The translations under genes were made by a program, and so were the position numbers. From assembly GCA_977017575.1 (NCBI GenBank), contig CDRNVI010000034.1:1-64000 (forward strand): 64,000 nt of DNA, in the 5' to 3' direction. Shown here piece by piece: positions 9,310 through 21,413 of this stretch (positions within the stretch are counted from its first letter, which is position 1; each line of letters begins with the position of its first letter). The notes beneath the pieces are model-generated. The model had not been told where the DNA came from and searched no databases. It saw only the letters and a list, made by a program, of their open reading frames with translations. This stretch comes from Paramoeba atlantica (Eukaryota > Protista > Discosea).

Positions 9310-11304
9310 ATGTACGACATGTGGGTGGACCTTGAGGTGCAAGGCACCATGTCTGCAGGCTTTCGGTGCACGAAATGTGCCACAACACAGGGCGATCAAA
9401 ACCCTAAACATCGTACTTTCAAGTATGATGACATGCGCAAACATGTTTTCGAACATGGGCGCGGGGATTATTCCCATTGCAAAGAGTGCTCCTTCTTCGA
9501 GGCGTTGCAAGGGATACCCCCCATAAGACGTACTCGAGAGCATCTCTCGAGTGCGAATCACAAAACCGAGAAGGAGATGTACGACGTGTGGATGGACCTT
9601 GAGGTGCAAGGTACCATGTCTGCAGGCTTTCGGTGCACAAAATGTGCAGAATCACGGGGTAAAGTAAACCCTAAACATCGTACTTTCAAGTATGATGACA
9701 TGCGCAAACATGTTTTCGAACATGGGCGCGGGGATCATTCCCATTGCAAAGAGTGCTCCTTCTTCGAGGCGTTGCAAGGGATACCCCCCATAAGACGTAC
9801 TCGAGAGCATCTCTCGAGTGCGAATCACAAAACCGAGAAGGAGATGTACGACGTGTGGATGGACCTTGAGGTGCAAGGTACCATGTCTGCAGGCTTTCGG
9901 TGCACAAAATGTGCAGAATCACGGGGTAAAGTAAACCCTTCGTCGTACACGTTTATGTACTACTACATGCGCAAACATGTTTTGGAACATGGGCGCAGAG
10001 ATCACGACATTTGTGAAACATGCTCCTTTTTTTCGAGTATGCATGGACAGCGTCCTATCTTGAAAACTCGAGAGCATATTTCGAGTATCAGCCACGAACA
10101 CGAACAGCAACTGTTCGAACTATGGCAAGAGCTTCCCATAGCTCACGCAAGCGCAGGGACAGAATCCGGTTACAAGTGTGTTGCGGACGCTTGTTCCGGG
10201 GAAGTGATGAGCCTCGGCGCTGCAAGAAAGCACGTCGAAAAAAAGCATATGAAAACAGGTGAACAAAGCTGTGAAGCTTGCTCATTCTTTGATGCTGGGG
10301 ATATGCCCCACAAGAAGCACAATCCTGCGAAGTGCTCTGAGCGCAAGCAGTGGTACGCATTTTGGGAAGAAAACGTCCTTGAAACGGAAAACATATACCA
10401 GTGCAAACTGCCTGGGTGTTCTGAAACACCTCTTGAAAAAGAGGCTATAATGAAGCATGTAGCACAACATTGCGAAGGAATGCATTTATGTATTCCTTGC
10501 AATTACTTTTCTATCTTGCAAGATTTCCCGCCAGTCATGGTGGATACTAATCACGCGAATTCTCTGAAACATCGGGAAATGGCGTATCTACATCCGAAAT
10601 GGGAGCTTCACGTAAGTTTCCCTAATGGATCGTATGTATGCGCACTGCACGCCATGCGCAAACTAAGTGTCAAATCTATGATGCGACACATACTCAGTAT
10701 GGGACACCCTTCACAGGTGCTCCAAACTGATATGAATGTTCCTCTGTGCGAAGTATGTGCGTATTTCGCACAGATTCAAGGAACAACGGGTATTATCCCA
10801 GCAGATCAATATCATTTGGTATCAAGTGAGCATACACGTTATGTTCAAACAAAAGTCGACTGGATCGAATTTGCCCCCCACTGCGAACAGAACAAGTTCA
10901 AGTGCACTTTGTGCGCTACCGAACAAATGTTCACGTTTAATGGGCTTCAAAAGCATTTTTACCGCCATCCGCGGCATGCTGAAGCTCGGGCTTTTCGACT
11001 TCGGATCACACAAGCTGAGCGCAATAGAGCTCATGCAGTATCGCAGGATGATGATCTGGAACGTGTGAAGCAATGCTCCACGCTAACACTCACATCTTTT
11101 CAACTGATTGCGAATATTCTCATCAATTCACACATTGTTTGTGATGAAACCCTCCAAAGCGATGGAGATAAAAGATGCTCTATTCAGAGACATCATGATG
11201 GACATAACGTCGTTTACGTTAAAGGCAATGGCGATTGCCTCGCCATGGTATGTCTGACTAAACGACGAGCGGAGGTGGCGGAGTGGCAAGAATTCAAAGT
11301 TTGA
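9310..11304 (+). CDS. Tandem zinc-finger protein (89-aa units, each with a C2H2 and a U1/matrin-like C2H2 finger); probably 5'-truncated
   Basis: 267-bp units at 9310, 9577 and 9844 (CTKC...MRKHVFEH; CKEC...REHLSSANH), then diverged units. The frame is open from 9238. Confidence 0.8.
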   Translation: MYDMWVDLEVQGTMSAGFRCTKCATTQGDQNPKHRTFKYDDMRKHVFEHGRGDYSHCKECSFFEALQGIPPIRRTREHLSSANHKTEKEMYDVWMDLEVQGTMSAGFRCTKCAESRGKVNPKHRTFKYDDMRKHVFEHGRGDHSHCKECSFFEALQGIPPIRRTREHLSSANHKTEKEMYDVWMDLEVQGTMSAGFRCTKCAESRGKVNPSSYTFMYYYMRKHVLEHGRRDHDICETCSFFSSMHGQRPILKTREHISSISHEHEQQLFELWQELPIAHASAGTESGYKCVADACSGEVMSLGAARKHVEKKHMKTGEQSCEACSFFDAGDMPHKKHNPAKCSERKQWYAFWEENVLETENIYQCKLPGCSETPLEKEAIMKHVAQHCEGMHLCIPCNYFSILQDFPPVMVDTNHANSLKHREMAYLHPKWELHVSFPNGSYVCALHAMRKLSVKSMMRHILSMGHPSQVLQTDMNVPLCEVCAYFAQIQGTTGIIPADQYHLVSSEHTRYVQTKVDWIEFAPHCEQNKFKCTLCATEQMFTFNGLQKHFYRHPRHAEARAFRLRITQAERNRAHAVSQDDDLERVKQCSTLTLTSFQLIANILINSHIVCDETLQSDGDKRCSIQRHHDGHNVVYVKGNGDCLAMVCLTKRRAEVAEWQEFKV

Positions 11305-11630
11305 AGCACATGGTGCTCAGACGGCGAGTTCAAACCCGCTCATCGCAATATTCCCGGCGGCCTCACTCTAAGAGGCTGGGCTGATAACCGACTAGGCCCA
11401 GTACTCGGAGGACCGTCCCGGACCCTCCCGTCAGGGAACCAGCTCCCTTACCCGGCTTACACCTCTTGGGCAAGCCGTGTTGACGTACAGTTCGTCGACG
11501 CAGCGTGTTGGTAACAGCACGTTGGTGCCGCCTTGGACAAGCGGAAACTGGTAGAGGACGTCGGCCTCGGAACTTCCAAATCTGTATGTGAAGGGTCTGG
11601 CTTGCCAGTGACCATCCGGAGCAATCCGGA

Positions 11631-14600
11631 ATGATTTGGATTTTTTGGATTTGGAAACGACGAGTGTTCACATACAATTGCGCAGCTTCTATGGAAACAC
11701 AGATAGCGGCAATTCGAACAGTCTACAATATTGGAAACATGGCTACTACGCCAGTTCCTTTAGTAGGAAACGATGAAGGTGAGCTCTCCCTGGGAGCGAT
11801 AGCCTACACTATCACGCAAGACCGTGATTGGCCGAAACTGACAGAACGTGATAAACTTTTATCACTCTGGAAGTGGCTCGAAGCTTCACTGGAAAAAGGC
11901 GAAGTGGGGGTTATACCCCTCACTTTGTATCCACAAGAAAAGCGTACCAAAGAAGCATTCACAAGGCTAGATCATCCACTAAAATCAGTAGAGATTCTCT
12001 ACTTTGTGGAAAATGTATTATGTAAAACCATTAACACACGACGATTTCCTGTGAAAGTATGTCCATTCAATGAATGTGACAAGTTCACTTCAAGGAACCG
12101 TGTGGGTTTACACATATTTACATACTTGGAAACAGATGAATCATCGGGACCCATATGGGTCCTTGTTTCCTTGAAAAAGAAGGGTGAAAAGAACGTTTAT
12201 ACGTTTATTAAGAGTCCCTCTCTTGAAAATGAAATTGTTTCAATTTTGAATCAAGCAACTGTCACGAATGTGACGAATGCTAGCACTATTGACAGTGCAG
12301 CATATGCTATCATGCAGGTGTGTGAAAATACCATCTTTCACACAAACGAAATATGCAAAGAATCTTCAGCCAATGAACTTCGGTACTGGCTTGAACGATG
12401 TTGCATCGCGAAATGTATTGTCAATTTTGACACATACGAAGTCAATGGAGATGGCTCACGTCGAACACGTTTCGACATTGAGCGCAATCCAAAAGACGCA
12501 CTAAAATACTTCTATGAGACTTCCTACATTGATCGTCTTCCTTTGGAAGATTTTTCAGTCAGTACGGAAGCTCAAGAAGAGTGCATGAAAAGGTACAAAA
12601 AGAGAATGAACGACGACCAACGTATCACAAGTTGTGATTCTTGTAAAGTTATTCTTCTCGAAAGTGACCTTCCGAATCCCGAAGCGCAACTTTGTGCAAG
12701 GGATCAAAGAATAATGGACAAAAAAGGGAGAATTCCCCGCGGTCCAGTAGAACAACCTTCTACAAATCACCTTCCAGTACCCACGCTGGTAGAAGAGATC
12801 CTTCTTCAAAAGGTGTTTTTACACTGCACAATCATCAGTGTACATAGGAAAGGTGGCGCATATGCCGCATCCTTAAGGCCAGACACGAAGTTCACTGGAC
12901 ACGTGACGGCTACAGCACGCGAAACCCTTGAGCTCTTGCAACTTGAAAGAGTTCCTGATCTCGAGGGCGCGATTAAGAACATCCAAATTGTTTGGATAGC
13001 AAACGAACGGAGAACGAAACGTAGTCAAAGACTATGTTCTGCACAGCTGAGTGGCATATTCGGCGTGAAATCAGAGACCCTGAACACCTGGGTAAACTTC
13101 CTCTGTGAGCATAACCACGTGTATGCTCAACTGAAAGAGGAAGGAAAGATCAACGTTGTTACCGAGAAACATTGTAGAGACGTTGTCTCACATCTTTGGG
13201 ATAGATCTGTTTCCCAGGAGGGTGAAAACGCCATCAACAGTATGGTCACCCAAGAAGTGGCTTCCGATACGTTACATCGCGATCCTCGCGGTGAAATCAC
13301 ACGATCTTTTGTAACTGATCACAGCCCTGTAAGCAATGCGCCGGCGGGTGCGCAAATTACGCATGCCGTGGCGATGCAACTGAAACAAAAAGAAGGTTTA
13401 CTCAATGAGTATACCGACATGGAAAACATCTTGCTCGGAGCATTTCCGACGCTGATGCAAAAGTACCCTTTTAAGGGTTCAACGTTTGAACTATATGAAA
13501 TCAAGGAAATTCTAGAGCAATCGGATTCCCGATTTGCAAAGAATACTGGATTCATATTTTACTGCTACGATGTGCTTCGGCGCCGTGCAGTCTCATCAGC
13601 AGTAGTGCAAAATCTGAAGCATAACAAAGATATGCACAGAAGCCTCATGAATTTTTGCAATGCTGATGCTTTCTATCACATTGTACAACAGGCTATAAGG
13701 AACCCAAACAGTTCCGAGGCGAAACTTCTGGAAACAAAGTTTCTGCCATTTGTGCAAGTATGCGCAAAAACGATACCCTTTTCGCCAGCAAAGCGAAAGG
13801 CATCACAAGGCCAGATCTACTCCTTATACAGGCGATACGGGCTGCCAAGTTACTGGGTCACAGTGAGTCCAAACATGAACGATAACGTTCTAGCTCTAAG
13901 AATCATCACAAATGATGAGAGCGAAAAAATGCAGGAAATGGGGGCCAACCTTCTCAAGCGATGTGAGCTTGTGCAAGGGAATCCTGTCAGATCCACTAGC
14001 ATTTTCGAACGGCAAATCCGTACTCTTCTTACCGAATTGTACGGAATGTCGAATGTAGATGAGGTAAAGAAGGAACGTGACGTTCTTGAAGGCCTCTTTG
14101 GTCGCCCTCGAGCATTTTTTGGTGTTGTAGAATGCCAGAAAAGAGGTGCGCTACACTTTCATAGTGTGCTATGGAACAATCTTAGTCCACATTACGTCTC
14201 CGAATTAATTCACATTGTGAAGGAGCACGATGGTCTCGCGAAGTCTTTGGGTACGACGATGCGCGCTGATCTGCCCGAGCGGGCGCAAAGGATCAGTAAG
14301 GAGCTCTACGGCCCTGCAACGCTCGACTACTCAAAGATGTATCGCGGAGGTCTACATATCATTCCTGATGAAAAGGATGATTATTTCAGGGAACATGTGG
14401 CCGAATGTGCTGTTGATGTTCAGAAGCACGTTGGTCACAAACCCATGTGTTTCAAAATGAAAGGAAACATTATCAAGAACAAATGCCGATATGGCATTCC
14501 ATCCGTACTTCATGAAAATGAAACGGAAGTTAGAGAGGTTGAGGTTCAGATGGATGAATCCGGACAACCGGAATTCCGGCCCAAGGCTCCAACACGGCCG

Positions 14601-17578
14601 CTTAAAAATGATACCATTTGGCCAGTACTTGATGAAAGGTCTCTGATTGTGCTTCTTCGCAATAACCAGGACCCGACACAACACACTAAACGGGGATCCA
14701 TCACCGTTCCGTACAATGAAACACTCATTGCTTGCGTAAGATGCAATACATGTGTTGTTTTCATTGGGAGCGAAGGTCCCGGCATAAAAATTATGCAATA
14801 TCTCATAAAATATATGAGCAAGGACATTGGTCCACCTGTGTACATTGTACCAGCACTTCGCGCAGCCAATGACCACCTTCAAATGGTTCTGAATTCAGAG
14901 CACAGAGTGCAAACTGACATTCCGATGGCACGCTTAATTCTACAGAAATTGTCGAACATGACACATCGAAAGATAGAAGTTTCAATCGAAATAGCAACTG
15001 CCTTTTGTCTCGGCCAATCCTCCGAGTATATGAGCCATAACTTCACATGGATCAATATGAACCGTGTAATGAAGTTCCTGGCAAATATCTCAAGTGATTC
15101 AGATCACAGAGATCTAGAAATCAGTGACGATGATTCGTCACAAGACTCTGATATGGAGTTCGACAACGGTATCTTAGAGGCTCCTCTAATGATCAACGAA
15201 CATGATTGTGCAGTTCTTGCACCACTCCATGTGAGTTACATGCGCAGGGGCGAAGATCTTCAAGACCTTGACCTGTATTCCTATGCAGGCATTGTCAGCG
15301 TAAAGAAGAAAAGAGCTGAACTAGCTCAAGAAGAGCCCGGTCATGATTCAGATTTTGAGTCAGGGACAAATCGAAGACGTCGTCGCGGACGTCGTGCTAA
15401 TGGGAGATACGCCTTTGAGGACATTGAAGGCCTCCCGGGTTTTGAGCCTGGAGATATTGTTGAGCAACAGTTGCGCTCTTTGCACACTGTGCCAGCTATA
15501 CCAGGTTTTCCCATATTGAGTTCTTCAAAAGAACCTGGGGCACGAGCTCGAATCCATCTTCGAGTAGCGAAACACATGGTGGCATTGTTTTCCCCATGGA
15601 CGAAAGGCTCACCGAGCCATGAAATGACCCTAGAAGGGTTTGAAAAGCTTCTCAATGAAGCGAAAATAAATACGCCTGGAAAGTATGACATAATGTGCAA
15701 CTTTCTTCGGCTTTTACATGCTTCGAAGAATACAGAGAACGCGGCAGATTTGTATCGACGCAAAGATGCTTGCACTCTGGAAGAAGCAAGATTAGCACGC
15801 AACATTGCGTACGAAAATGAGCTTGAAGTGCGAGAGGTTGAACCTCATCTTCAAGATGCTCTTGAAGCACAGCAGAACACTGCAGTGGTTAATGAAGAGC
15901 GATTGGTTCAGCAGAATGCATACTGCGAACTACAAACGCGAGCTTTAACGGCCGCGTTAGGAGGTTCTACTGAGAACTCCTCTGAAGAAAATGTTGATCT
16001 TGCATCGAAAATGACAAGGACGAGGTCCAATATTTCAGTCATAAATGCGCGAGAGCGCTATGCTGAAATGATCCAAAACGAACGATTTGCAACTTCGGCT
16101 CAATCTGAGCCAAGTGCACCAGTGGACAGAGCTCATTTTAATGAGGATCGTCCACTGGCTCGCAGTAATCAATACGAGTTTGATCGCAGCTACATATTGC
16201 GCGAAGACAACAGTTCCATTGAACTGTTGCAAGCACAGAAACAGTGCGTAAATCAAATTGAAGATTTACTAAACGGGAAACTAGACCCCGAGCGGAAATG
16301 TATGTTTCTGCTCGGTGGCCCCGGAACCGGGAAAAGTCTAGTTTTCCGTTTCATAATGCAAGAACTGGGAAGCCAATGTATTGCAATGTCGCCCACTGGG
16401 ATCGCCGCATCAGTACTGCACTGTTGCACAATACACGCTTCCCTCTGCATACCGATAGGGGCTACTGCAAGAAATTTGAAACATCTTTCAAGCAGTAGCC
16501 TTCTACTAACAAAGGTATGAGAAATGTCGATTAATCATAGTCGACGCAGTGTCAATGATCAGCAAGTGTTTCCTTTCCTGTATCAACACTAGGCTGCAGC
16601 AAATCAAAGGAAATGAGCAGCTTCCCTATGGAGGCATCAACATGCTCTTTGTTGGAGATTTTTATCAGCTGAGACCAGTACAAGGAGCGTCTCTTACCAT
16701 AGAAGATAGCTCTCCTGGTAATAATCCCATTTTTGAGAATATTTTTCAAGTCAGGTATGTGTTTGCACTCAAACAGCAAATGCGAGCACGACAAGATACT
16801 GTATTTTCAGATATCTTGCGTCTTCTTCGAAAAGCTCCCAATGAGGGGTTGAAGAAGTTCATCCAATTGGTAAAACCTCTTACCTCTGAGGACTAAGAAA
16901 AGTTCCGCAATGCAATTGTCATTGTTGGAACAAATATTGAACGGCACAAGATTAATGTCGCAATGGCAAGAAATTTTGCCAGACGTCACAATTGCCCATT
17001 GTTCGCATGGACAGGCGATAACGTCCAAGGTAAACTCATTGACACACACCCTGAAGCATTTTCTGTATTTGTAAAAGGAGCACCCGGTGTAATCACCGAG
17101 AACATTGCTCCTTATACCACGAAAATTGCGAATGGGACAGTGATTGAAATGAGAGACCTTGTGTCAAACGATTTGTCATACGACACTATTGATGGTGTAA
17201 GCCCCTTCTTTTATGCAATGCATTGAGAAGGGGTCAGGTGTAGAATTTTACGCCAAAAAGACGCAGCACCATGATAAGGCTTCCCAAGGAAACTTTCAAG
17301 TGGAATTGGGATTTGCCTATACGTATCACAAAGTACAAGGTATCACCGTGAAGAACGGTGTTATTCTTGACTTGAATGATAAGGCGTGGTCCAAGAGACC
17401 GGAACTCGCCAAGCTCACAGTAGCAATATCCAGGGCACAATGCCTCGATGATATTCGAGTGCTCCCTGGCATGGGAACAGATCGCCCAGGAACACACCTG
17501 ACTTCAGGTTACCATAGGCCTAAATTTCCGGCCATGGAAAAAGCAAATCGGCTTACCGATTTGACTTATCAATTCTAA
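11631..17578 (+). pseudogene. Helitron2/Helentron-type RepHel (HUH Rep + Pif1 helicase), disrupted in the helicase
   Basis: DUF6570-like segment (PTLVEEILL...GHV...WVNFLCEHNHVY). Rep motifs: GLPSYWVTVSP, GVVECQKRGALHFHSVLW, YLIKYMSK. Helicase motifs: GGPGTGKS, PTGIAA, IHASL, LIIVDAVSMIS (after frameshift ~16510), VGDFYQLRPV, TAA 16894 in frame, frameshift ~17215, AYTYHKVQGIT, TVAISRA. Likely start ATG 11691. Confidence 0.92.
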
Positions 17579-17779
17579 GAAATTAGATTGAAACGACCTT
17601 CTTAGGAAGACCTCTCTAGGGGGGAAGCACGCTTGATACCGGTCACAAGCCCGGCGTCTTCAGCTTCGGCAGAAGAAGTGCGAGTGACCCCAACGCTCAC
17701 GCGCCCTCTAACAAAAAAAAATGTCTCCATCGTAGCTGCAGAATTACGCTCCGTCAAAATTGCTTTCAATTTTTTTTAT

Positions 17780-17872
17780 CGAAATTTCAGAAGCTTGTTT
17801 GCTTCAAAAGCACCCACCGCGGCAGCGGGTCTGCACCCTCTCGAAGGGCCCTCCGGGCAGGCCCTTCAAAAA
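17780..17872 (+). terminator. Module C copy: putative Helitron 3' terminus (subterminal IR CACCCACCGC 17811-17820; hairpin GAAGGGCC/GGCCCTTC 17843-17867; A-run)
   Basis: Lies ~200 bp after the RepHel stop and is homologous to the 2895-3352 units. Confidence 0.65.
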
Positions 17873-17959
17873 CAAGACTTCTACGTTCATGTATTGCTTT
17901 TTAAGTTGAATGTTTCTAGACTCAGCTTGATTTTTTTGAAAACTTTCTTTGAATTTACT

Positions 17960-18301
17960 ATGGACTCGGCGGAGAATCAATCAACCAATGGTAACGACAT
18001 TTCCGACAAGGAAAGAGATACAAAGTGCAAAAGAGATGATTACTTAGAATCTCTACACGTTTTGCGCTCTGCGCGCGAAGAGCGTGACGAGCGCTCAATC
18101 ACAATAGAACACCTTCCCTCCTCTACGAATAAAGAAGACCTTACCAAGCATTACGCTTCGTATGGTGAAATCGATTGCATAACAATCGTATCAAAAAAGG
18201 GACTGGCGCACGTGTGTTTTAGCACTACGGAAGAAGCGAAGCGCGCATCGAGCGTTTACTTCAAAGGGAAAAAGAAGAGAAACAGATACTTAAATTTCTG
18301 A
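17960..18301 (+). CDS. RRM-domain protein or gene fragment
   Basis: RNP2-like ITIEHL and RNP1-like KGLAHVCF with correct spacing; may continue by frameshift to ~18535. Confidence 0.6.
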   Translation: MDSAENQSTNGNDISDKERDTKCKRDDYLESLHVLRSAREERDERSITIEHLPSSTNKEDLTKHYASYGEIDCITIVSKKGLAHVCFSTTEEAKRASSVYFKGKKKRNRYLNF

Positions 18302-18962
18302 ATAAGTGTGTAAGAAGACGTTTGGAAGTGAAAGTTGGTTTAAAATTTTGAAGTCATGATTCGAAGGTTGGAGAAGGAAAGAAAACACTTTTCTTTCGAG
18401 AAATTTTCGGCTTAAATTCGTCCACAGCACCGTTTCTTTTTACGATTCATCGCATCAAAGTTTTTCTGTGGTATTACTTTGTGTCTCGGAAACCCTCTGT
18501 AAGTATTTGTAACTTCGCATTTTCTAAACTCAAATAAATACAATTGAAACTAAATTTGTTAAAAAAATGTTTACATTTACATAGCAGATCTACATTCGCA
18601 GTCATCACTTCTTCTATTTTTAGCCTGATCATTCAACAAATATGCTTTTGATGACTCAATTAGTGCATACCCAACGTACTGTCAGAAAAGCGTTCCGACA
18701 TGGCATTAACTGCACCCCTGGCGTAAACCAAATGAATCAAAACGAAGAAGTAAATCCACGAGGTAAAGCCCCCCCTTCAAAAGCCGGGGTGAATTCAAGT
18801 GCCTTTCAAAAAAAGGGTCTCCACCCTGCTTCATTCAAAATCGTGCGAACCGAAGGAAAACACATGTGAGCGGAAATATGCAAAAACAACCCTATTTTTG
18901 CCCAACTATCGGCTCTTTTTGGACCAAATCCAGAATTATCCCTCTGGTTTCTTTTACTCTCC

Positions 18963-20662
18963 TGTCAAATTTTTCTTTTCTAGGCTCTTCGTTAAACGCG
19001 GTAAAGGAAAAAAATATAAAAGGGGGATCCGGTGGTCCAAAATTGAAAACAAAAATTGAAAAAAATGGGGGGTCCATGGGGGGGGGGCATACCTTACCCG
19101 GGGGTGACCCCCCCTCGTATCCGCAAGACGGGTCCAAGTTCCGATTTTTTCGGAAAAAAACAATTGAAAAAATTTTCAACTTGACGAAAAAATTGGTAAA
19201 AAGAATATTTTTCCAAAGTTGTTTCGCCTATTGTATTTTTATAGTTTGGGACCTATTCTAGCTTTTTGCGTCATTGGTTTTGCGAGGTGTCGCTTCTTGA
19301 AGCCGTGGTACGCCTCCTAAAATGTCCCATTTTTGATCAAAAAATGCGAAAAAGTAATTTTTGGACCCCAAGAGGTCTTTTTGGGTCGTACGAATCGTGT
19401 GGTTGGAGTCGCATTCTCTACCCAATACGTTCTGTAGCCTCGAATGCATGCCTACGAGTCATTTCCCACACGCAAATGTCATCTTTAGTGCTCTATATAC
19501 AAAAATCACCCCATTTTTACCTAAAAATCGGCTATTTTTGGCTCAAATCCTTCCGTTTTCTTCCGCGTCCCTGATCAATTTTTTTTTTAGGCTCTTCGTA
19601 AAACGCGGTGGTAGTTTTCAACGCGAAGCGCGCAGCATGAGTGACTTCTAAGTTGAAAACAAAAACCGCGTTTAACGAAGATCCTAAAAAAGAAAATTAT
19701 TGCGGTGGTTGTAAAACTACCGCTCTACCCTCGATTATTGCGGTGGTTGTAAAACTACCGCTCTACACTCGATTATTGAAAAAAAAGTGAACAAAAACAG
19801 TGAAAATATAAAGGGGAACACAGTAATATAATAGAAGAAAAAAATATAAAAGGGGGCTCCGGTGGACCAAAACTGAAAAAAAAATTTGAAAAAAATGGGG
19901 GGTCCAGGGGGGGGGTCCAGGGGGGGGGGTCCAGGGGGGGGGTCCAGGGGGGGGGGGTCCAGGGGGGGGGTCATGGTCGAGCTAATTTTTTCGAAAAAAT
20001 TAGTTTTCGAAAAAAAACCGCAGAAAGGGTAGCCGGGGTCTTGGCGCGCATTTTCCACCCCCCTACCCGGGGGTGACCCCCCCGCGTATCCGCAGGACGG
20101 GTCCGCCAAGTTCGGATTTTTTCGGAAAAAAAAATTTGAAAAAAATTTCAACTTGGCGAAAAAAATGGCAAAAAAAATATTTTTCCAAAAACGTTTCCCC
20201 TATTGTATTTTTTTAGTTTGGGACCTACACTAGCTTTCTCCGCAGTTGTTTTCGCAAGGTATCACTTCTTCGAACCGTGGTGCGCCCCTCAAAATGACCC
20301 ATTTTTGACCGAAAAAGGTGAAAAAGTATTTTTCGGACCTAAAGGGGCATTTTTGGGTCGAAAGAATGGTATGGTTGGAGTCGTATTCTCTACCCAATAC
20401 GTTCGGTAGGCTTTCATTCATGCCTACGAGTGATTTCCCACGCGCAAATGTCGGATTTAGTGCTCTGAGAGCAAAAGTACGCGAAAATCACCCCATTTTT
20501 ACCCGAAATTCGGCTATTTTTGGCCATAATCTTTCCGTTTTCCAGGCCAAATTTTCTTTTTTAGGCTCTTCGTTAAACGCGGTGGTAGGTTTCAACGCGA
20601 AGAGCGCAGCATGAGTGACTTCTAAGTTGAAAACAACCACCGCGTTTAACGAAGAGCCTAAA
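18963..20662 (+). mobile_element. Tandem array of B-A non-autonomous Helitron-like units (A hairpins at ~19578-19697 and ~20552-20662)
   Basis: Alternating B modules (starts ~19699/19738) and ~100-120-bp A hairpins TTAGGCTCTTCGTTAAACGCGGTGGT...ACCACCGCGTTTAACGAAGAGCCTAA. Confidence 0.85.
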
Positions 20663-21214
20663 TTGATGGAGATACTACTCCCTCGCTACCGTAGGTTAAT
20701 TGGTCGTGCCCGATTTGTGGCCCGATTTCGTGCCCGATATCGTTTCAGGTGAGTTTTCGAAAAAAATATTTACAAAGACGTATGAATCGAATTGAGTGAC
20801 AAGATTACTAGTTTTTCAACAATTCCGATGGGTACCCCCTGCCCCCCCCACCTCCCCACCTGGGTGATCATAGCAATTTTTGAAATGTTTTAAAAAAAAA
20901 CTAAAAATTTGTGGGTGAAAGTGAAAAAATATATTTTTCCCAAATCAACTCCTAGACCTTTTTTTGAGAGTTTGGGGCCTGATATACGTGTATACGCTTT
21001 GGTTTCATTCGATATTTCTCCACCCTGTTCTGGTAATACACCTACAAAGTTCAAATTTTACCTGGAAGTGTGTGACACGCAAGGCCGTAGAGGAAGGAGG
21101 AGGCGCAAGGCAAAAAGGAAGAAGGCGGACCCTTCTGTCTTTTTGCCGCGGCGACGACGACTTCCTCGCGTGGGAAGCTGTAAGGGGTCTTAGGGAGCAT
21201 GTTCCGATGGCTAT

Positions 21215-21413
21215 CTAATCCAGGCTAAAGTGGATGAGGGGGATACCAAAGTCACCTTTGGAAAACCACCTCGAAACTGGAACGGTATCTCCCGGTTTGT
21301 AGAGCATTCTGATGTGGCAAAAGAGTCTTTAACGGGTGATACCGTTCCAGTTTCGAGGTGGTTTTCCAAAGGTGCCTTTAGTATCTCCCTCGTCCACTTG
21401 AGCCTGGATTTAG
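21215..21413. mobile_element. Palindromic foldback element E (~80-bp arms) sharing the GGGAGATAC scaffold with D
   Basis: AATCCAGGCTAAAGTGGATGAGGGGGATACC... / ...GTATCTCCCTCGTCCACTTGAGCCTGGATT. Confidence 0.8.

Noticed and set aside
1304-16896. In-frame stops in TE genes fall where Trp (TGA 6513) or Glu/Gln (TAG 1304, TAA 8292, TAA 16894) would fit, as in the Blastocrithidia recoded genetic code
   Set aside because: The same genes also carry frameshifts, the stops are very sparse, and long host genes (RPB1, LCAT, ALG11) have no internal stops. Ordinary decay explains it.
3354-21413. Conserved GGGAGATAC motifs separated by 37-38-nt variable spacers look CRISPR-like
   Set aside because: The motifs alternate in orientation inside palindromes rather than forming a direct-repeat array, there are no cas genes, and the context is eukaryotic.
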